Source: Bacteroidales bacterium
GTDB lineage: Bacteria > Bacteroidota > Bacteroidia > Bacteroidales > JAGOPY01
Length of the DNA: 41,865 bases
Assembly (NCBI GenBank): GCA_046484945.1
Contig: JAWOHY010000198.1
Coordinates: forward strand, 1-41,865
Direction of reading: 5' to 3'
The notes beneath the pieces are model-generated. The model did no database searches. It was not told the origin of the DNA and saw only the letters and a program-made list of their open reading frames with translations. The position numbers were made by a program, and so were the translations under genes. Shown here one piece after another: positions 37,274 through 41,865 of the stretch (its first letter is position 1; the number at the start of each line of letters is the position of its first letter).

Positions 37274-38578
37274 ATGAACAATATCAAGATCGACCTCGAG
37301 CATATTTTCGGTTTTATACCGGAAGAAAGCCTGAATTCATTGCAGCCTGAGATCGACCATCATTATGCATCATTATGGCAAAAAACCGGGGCGGGAAATG
37401 ATTTCCTCGGCTGGATGGACCTCCCGTCGGTTTTTGATAAGGACCTTTTCCGGAGGATGGAGGAAGACGCCGCCCGGTTGCGTGAAAATTCGGAAATTTT
37501 CGTCGTCATCGGCATCGGGGGATCTTACCTGGGCGCCAGGGCGGTGATCGAGGCGCTGGGCCACCAGTTCTATGATCTTATGGAAAACCGGAAATACCCC
37601 TATATCATTTATGCGGGGCATAACCTGGGCGAAGATTACCATGCTGAACTGCTTGAACTTCTCGACAAAAAAGACTATTCCCTGGCGGTGATCTCCAAAT
37701 CGGGAACCACTACCGAACCGGCCATCGCCTTTCGTATTCTCAAAAACCACCTGGAAAAGAAGTACGGTAAAGCGGAAGCCCGGAAACGGATCATCGCGGT
37801 CACCGACAAAGCCAGAGGGGCGTTGAAAACCCTTTCCGACAGCGAAGGTTACCCCACTTATGTTGTGCCCGATGATGTCGGCGGAAGATATTCCGTTCTC
37901 ACGCCCGTCGGGCTCTTACCCATCGCCATGGCCGGCTTCGACATCAGGAAACTGGTCGAAGGGGCTGCTGAAATGGAGTCTTATTCCCGCCAGGCAAAAA
38001 CCATCGCCGATAACCCCGTCATGGCTTACGCCGCAGCCAGGAATGCCCTTTACCGCAAGGGTAAAACTATTGAAATACTGGTGAATTACCTGCCCAACCT
38101 GTATTATCTGACCGAATGGTGGAAACAATTATACGGCGAAAGCGAAGGAAAACAGGGCAAGGGCATTTTCCCGGCAGGGGCCGGCTTCACAACCGACCTC
38201 CACTCCATGGGGCAGTATATCCAGGATGGCATGCGAAATATTTTCGAGACGGTACTCTCGGTGGAAAATAGCAGCAAAACTTTAGTCATTCCGCGAATCA
38301 AAGATGATTCCGACAGTTTGAATTACCTGGCCGGAAAACGCATCGGCTATGTCAACCGGATGGCTGAGAAAGGGACGCTGATGGCGCATGTCGACGGCGG
38401 CGTGCCGAACATCCGGGTATCGGTGCCGGAGATCAATGAATACAACCTGGGGCAGCTCATTTATTTCTTCGAACTGGCCTGTGGACTGAGCGGTTACATG
38501 CTGGGCGTCAACCCGTTCGATCAACCGGGCGTGGAAGCGTATAAGAAGAATATGTTTGCGTTGCTGGGGAAAAAGTGA
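37274..38578 (+). CDS. pgi: Glucose-6-phosphate isomerase
   Basis: GIGGSYLG, SKSGTTTE, VGGRYSV, GESEGK, DLHSMGQ, NPFDQPGVEAYK. ATG 37274 preferred because TTG 37181 lies upstream of the terminator. Confidence 0.96.
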   Translation: MNNIKIDLEHIFGFIPEESLNSLQPEIDHHYASLWQKTGAGNDFLGWMDLPSVFDKDLFRRMEEDAARLRENSEIFVVIGIGGSYLGARAVIEALGHQFYDLMENRKYPYIIYAGHNLGEDYHAELLELLDKKDYSLAVISKSGTTTEPAIAFRILKNHLEKKYGKAEARKRIIAVTDKARGALKTLSDSEGYPTYVVPDDVGGRYSVLTPVGLLPIAMAGFDIRKLVEGAAEMESYSRQAKTIADNPVMAYAAARNALYRKGKTIEILVNYLPNLYYLTEWWKQLYGESEGKQGKGIFPAGAGFTTDLHSMGQYIQDGMRNIFETVLSVENSSKTLVIPRIKDDSDSLNYLAGKRIGYVNRMAEKGTLMAHVDGGVPNIRVSVPEINEYNLGQLIYFFELACGLSGYMLGVNPFDQPGVEAYKKNMFALLGKK

Positions 38579-38581
38579 ACA

Positions 38582-38623
38582 GTCGTTGGCCGTTGGCCGT
38601 TTGCCGTTTGCCGTTTACCGTTA
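38582..38623 (-). repeat. Six AAACGGC-family heptamers (GCCGTTT on the plus strand)
   Basis: gtcgttg gccgttg gccgttt gccgttt gccgttt accgtta. Confidence 0.9.
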
Positions 38624-38632
38624 TAAATAAAA

Positions 38633-39202
38633 ATGCATAATGATATGTTTCTTAACCTGGTAAAATCAAGGCAGAGTGTCCGCAAATATTCGGACAGGCC
38701 GGTGGAAGCGGAGAAACTGCAGCGTTGCCTGGAGGCGGCGCGGCTGGCGCCATCGGCGAGCAACAGCCAGCCTTGGTCGTTCGTGGTGGTGAACGAACCG
38801 GAACTGGTGAAGGCTGTGGCGAAGGAAACCTATGGCCCACTGGCCACATTCAACACCTTTGTTCCCCAGGCGCCGGTAATCATTGCGATCGTTATCGAAA
38901 AAATGAAAACCGTCACACAGGTCGGCGCCTACCTGAAAGACCGGGAATTCGCCCTGATCGATATCGGCATCGCCGCTGAGCACTTCTGCCTGCAGGCCGC
39001 CGAAGAAGGCCTCGGTACCTGCATGCTCGGCTGGTTCAACGAAAAACCGATAAAAAAACTGCTGAACATCCCGGAGAAAAAACGGATCGGCCTGCTCATC
39101 ACCCTGGGCTACCCACCGGAAGAATATACAGTGAGAGAGAAAAATAGAAAAGGGTTTAATGAAATAGTGACATTCAATACCTACCAAAAACCTGAGATAT
39201 AA
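38633..39202 (+). CDS. Nitroreductase family protein
   Basis: RQSVRKY, APSASNSQPW, DIGIAAEHFCLQAAEEGLGTC. Confidence 0.93.
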   Translation: MHNDMFLNLVKSRQSVRKYSDRPVEAEKLQRCLEAARLAPSASNSQPWSFVVVNEPELVKAVAKETYGPLATFNTFVPQAPVIIAIVIEKMKTVTQVGAYLKDREFALIDIGIAAEHFCLQAAEEGLGTCMLGWFNEKPIKKLLNIPEKKRIGLLITLGYPPEEYTVREKNRKGFNEIVTFNTYQKPEI

Positions 39203-39206
39203 TCAC

Positions 39207-39269
39207 CAAAAACAAAAAACACGAAACAACAAACACGAAACAATAAACACGAAACAAGAAACCAGATAC
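39207..39269 (+). repeat. ACGAAAC/AAnAAAC alternating heptamer array
   Basis: caaaaac aaaaaac acgaaac aacaaac acgaaac aataaac acgaaac aagaaac cagatac. Confidence 0.88.
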
Positions 39270-39293
39270 CCTATCTTTGCAAAAATTTTCTCC

Positions 39294-40226
39294 ATGCAAA
39301 AACCAATTAAAAAGATCGATTACGGCGAACTCCTGGAAGTCCTCAGGCACTACGACACCGAATCGATCTTCGACAAGGTCAACGTGATCCCCGATAGCGA
39401 AGACCTGCACGAAGCGATCTCGGAATTGATCAACCTCCGCTCCTTTGCCCGGCGATCAGTGCTGGGTATCGACATCTACCGCTATGGGATGTACAAACAC
39501 CTTGAGCAGGTGCTCATCCCGCCCCTATATAAAATCCTCTTTGAAAAAGCCATCCGGCTCTGCCTCGAAAACAACCAGTTCATCTTCCAGCGATATACAA
39601 AGGAAAAGATCGAAAATTCCTTCATCAGCACCGGCGACGGGGGATTTGTGATCTTCGACACACCATTGCACTCCCTGTTCTTCGCCATCAACTTCGAAAT
39701 GGTCGTCAGGGCTTATAACTCCTACCATCTTTTCCCGAAATTGAGGAATATCATTGGCAGTATCAGTTTGCGCTATGCCATCAGCTATGACACCGTCTTC
39801 CATTTTGACGATAATTTTTACGGCAGCGCCATCATCAACAATGCCCGCATCCTCGATAAAGACACCCTCAACCGCTGCCTCATCGACCAGCAAACATACG
39901 ACTGGTTCCTCATCAGCATCGACGGGCTGGAAAACCTGCAGATCCTTTCCATTGAGGAGATCGCCAATATATTCGATTTCCTTGATTATGACCGCAGTTT
40001 GCTTGACAAGGGCGAAAATGAAATTCTCGATAACAACACTTCCCGCCGGACAGGGATCATCAACTCAGACATTCTGAAAGTCGGCCAGATTCAATCGAAA
40101 CAAACACTCATTAACATCTACAACCTGCACCTGCAAGTCACAGCCCGCATCTATTCCGACCGGAAAGTGGAGAACAAGCGGACGATTACCGTAAGCCTGG
40201 GGAACCTTAATACGAGTGGGATTTAG
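39294..40226 (+). CDS. Hypothetical protein with class III nucleotidyl-cyclase-like motifs
   Basis: VLGIDIYRYG, STGDGGFVIF, LRYAISYD, YGSAIINNARI; own promoter TATCTTTG at 39272-39279. Confidence 0.6.
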   Translation: MQKPIKKIDYGELLEVLRHYDTESIFDKVNVIPDSEDLHEAISELINLRSFARRSVLGIDIYRYGMYKHLEQVLIPPLYKILFEKAIRLCLENNQFIFQRYTKEKIENSFISTGDGGFVIFDTPLHSLFFAINFEMVVRAYNSYHLFPKLRNIIGSISLRYAISYDTVFHFDDNFYGSAIINNARILDKDTLNRCLIDQQTYDWFLISIDGLENLQILSIEEIANIFDFLDYDRSLLDKGENEILDNNTSRRTGIINSDILKVGQIQSKQTLINIYNLHLQVTARIYSDRKVENKRTITVSLGNLNTSGI

Positions 40227-40233
40227 TTGTTGA

Positions 40234-40891
40234 AATGTTGTATGTTGTATGTTGTATGTATTATTTAATAAGGATTTGATAATAAGACAATTATCATAAA
40301 CTTAATACATATCACATAATACATACCACATACAACATCTTTCAGTCGTCTTTACGCCGCATCACTATTTCTTCTGGCGGTGTTTCTTGTTGCCATAAAA
40401 ATAGCGATCAACTCCTTGCATTCCACTAATTGGTTTTGCAGAACTACTGGGTCTTTACACAATTTCGCTTCCTCAACAACCTCAAGATTAACCTCAGTTT
40501 CTTTTAGCTCTTTCACAACAAGTCCGATCTTATGAATAAAATCTTTTCTTGTTTCTGCCATTTGTGCTTCGCCATAATTTAAAGCTGCTGAAGTTGAGGA
40601 CCTTACCATTTGCATGTAAAGATGCCTGGATGCAAAAACGGGTTTAAGAATTTGGTCAATAGAAACTATCCTGGCAGAAAACTGCACAAGCCTTTTTTGT
40701 AATTGCGTCTTCATACTATTCTTTCTCTGTTAATCAGGAAAGAAGCTGAAATATACCCGGTGATTTTGAAAAAAAATTAGGACTGTGGTATGCATGATGT
40801 GATATGTAGTATGTGATATGTAGTATGTGGTATTTATTAAGTATTTTAAATCCTTATAAAATACTACATACCACATACTACATACAACATT
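40234..40891. mobile_element. Repeat-flanked four-helix-bundle cassette 2 (intact gene)
   Basis: Nested inverted arms of TATGTnG heptamers: outer 40234-40277/40848-40891 (40/44) and inner 40300-40338/40804-40842 (34/39). Mobility is inferred, not shown. Confidence 0.7.
40352..40714 (-). CDS. Four-helix-bundle protein (23S rRNA intervening-sequence protein/Avd-like family)
   Basis: 120 aa; QMVRSSTSAALNYGEAQ...SRKDF-like TRKDFIHK...KELKET family signature. Confidence 0.92.
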   Translation of the reverse strand: MKTQLQKRLVQFSARIVSIDQILKPVFASRHLYMQMVRSSTSAALNYGEAQMAETRKDFIHKIGLVVKELKETEVNLEVVEEAKLCKDPVVLQNQLVECKELIAIFMATRNTARRNSDAA

Positions 40892-40902
40892 CCCCCTCCC
40901 TC

Positions 40903-41865
40903 TCATTTAACCCTAACCACTATCTTCCGCCAGTCGGGCCTCTCCCACGCCACAACCATCTCGCGGAACTTCTCCATATCCTCAGTTGAGATGATATTTG
41001 ATTGTAATTCCCAGGATCGCTTGATGGTGACGGTTTTCCCCCGCTGCATGATCTTGATCTCCATGTCGCCGAGGGTGTTTTTCACGAAAAAATCAGCCGG
41101 CGGGGTAACAAGTTCCCATCCGTCAGGCAATTCGATCTGGATGGAATAGCTCTCCCACAATTGATGGTCAAGTTTTACGGGGGTGTTGTCAGAACCAGTG
41201 AACTGGACAAGGTTCCAGGCATCGAATCCTGTTCTGTACCGGGGTAGTTCAATGGCGGTATAACCGCTGTAATCGGTTTTTAATGGATGAGATGCTAAAT
41301 TCACTTCCGTCCTGGCTTTCAGTTCCGTCAACTGGCCTTGTTTTACCTGCGTTGTCTGACCAGTGTTAATATCCCCGGTGATCATGGATTTCACATGCTC
41401 TCCATCCTTGTATAACCGTAAATAAGGGTTCGCCATTCCTTCCATGCGCAAGTCGAGTTTGCCGGAAAGGTTTCTCTCTGCGTCGATCTCAAGTTTCGCA
41501 TCCATCTGGAGAATATGATCGGCCCGCTTTTCCTGGAACGTGCGCATCGATTCCACCGCACCATCCAGTTGGATCATCGTTTTATCATCCAGGTTATAGA
41601 TCAGGTTCTGCGACTGCTTCCGGTTAACCGAAAGGTACATCCGGCCCGATTTTTTCGGGTTGACCTGTACCAGGAATCCGTCGAAAACGGCCAGGATGCC
41701 CAGCTCCCTGCTGAACCAACCGTTCGGAACAGTGGCCACAGGAGTGGCGTTGATATTGGCCATGATCAGCATCTCCGAAAGCAGGATAGCCTTTTCCAGC
41801 GATGTTGCGTTGGCGCTCTGCCACACTTCCCTCGGGGTCCGGACTTTGTACCCGGTATGGGCCAG
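40903..41865 (-). CDS. C-terminal part of a DUF3857/transglutaminase-like/DUF3858 protein (5'-truncated)
   Basis: Frame stays open to the window edge (LAHTGYKVRTPREVWQS...EKAILL); C-terminal IELPDGW...KNTLG beta domain typical of this family. Confidence 0.65.
   Translation of the reverse strand: MAHTGYKVRTPREVWQSANATSLEKAILLSEMLIMANINATPVATVPNGWFSRELGILAVFDGFLVQVNPKKSGRMYLSVNRKQSQNLIYNLDDKTMIQLDGAVESMRTFQEKRADHILQMDAKLEIDAERNLSGKLDLRMEGMANPYLRLYKDGEHVKSMITGDINTGQTTQVKQGQLTELKARTEVNLASHPLKTDYSGYTAIELPRYRTGFDAWNLVQFTGSDNTPVKLDHQLWESYSIQIELPDGWELVTPPADFFVKNTLGDMEIKIMQRGKTVTIKRSWELQSNIISTEDMEKFREMVVAWERPDWRKIVVRVK

Noticed and set aside
38521-38763. Small ORFs with GKRQTANGQR or VSCFLFLV repeat peptides (also 39174-39410)
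   Set aside because: They are translations of the heptamer arrays overlapping real genes, not credible proteins.
40352-40714. Diversity-generating retroelement, suggested by the Avd-like protein
   Set aside because: No reverse transcriptase and no TR/VR pair with adenine-specific mismatches seen in the window.
39294-40714. Pycsar-like defence pair (cyclase plus neighbour)
   Set aside because: The neighbour is convergent, has no cyclic-nucleotide-binding, TIR or TM effector features, and sits in its own repeat cassette.
40234-40891. 23S rRNA intervening sequence
   Set aside because: The flanks are protein-coding genes; no rRNA sequence is present.

Overview
Bacteroidales-type chromosomal window, judged from T9SS C-terminal domains, TAnnTTTG promoters and rprXY. 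Bases 1-21755 hold seven co-oriented T9SS cargo genes: three tandem C25 gingipain-like proteases (unclassified, Rgp-like, Kgp-like), two FG-GAP/VCBS proteins, a papain-like C1 protease and an S8 protease. Then come a crotonase/3-hydroxyacyl-CoA dehydrogenase/thiolase operon, a Cys-rich protein-TonB receptor-HMA metal operon, tsaB, an RND adaptor, an M1 aminopeptidase, a serine hydrolase, rprYX, pgi, a nitroreductase, a class III nucleotidyl-cyclase-like ORF and a partial DUF3857/3858-type gene. The most striking unexplained structure is a pair of AT-rich cassettes. In each, a four-helix-bundle (23S rRNA IVP/Avd-like) gene is enclosed by inverted arms built from degenerate 7-nt tandem repeats. 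One gene is intact (40234-40891) and one is internally deleted (28614-28964). About ten further orphan 7-10-nt arrays lie at gene ends, and several sit in frame inside or just before T9SS secretion signals, including a 32/36 copy of one cassette arm. There is also an IS200/IS605-like non-autonomous hairpin element (3891-4051) and a candidate sRNA divergent from rprXY. No rRNA, tRNA, CRISPR array, reverse transcriptase or transposase was seen. All family assignments are from motif recognition by eye, not database searches.
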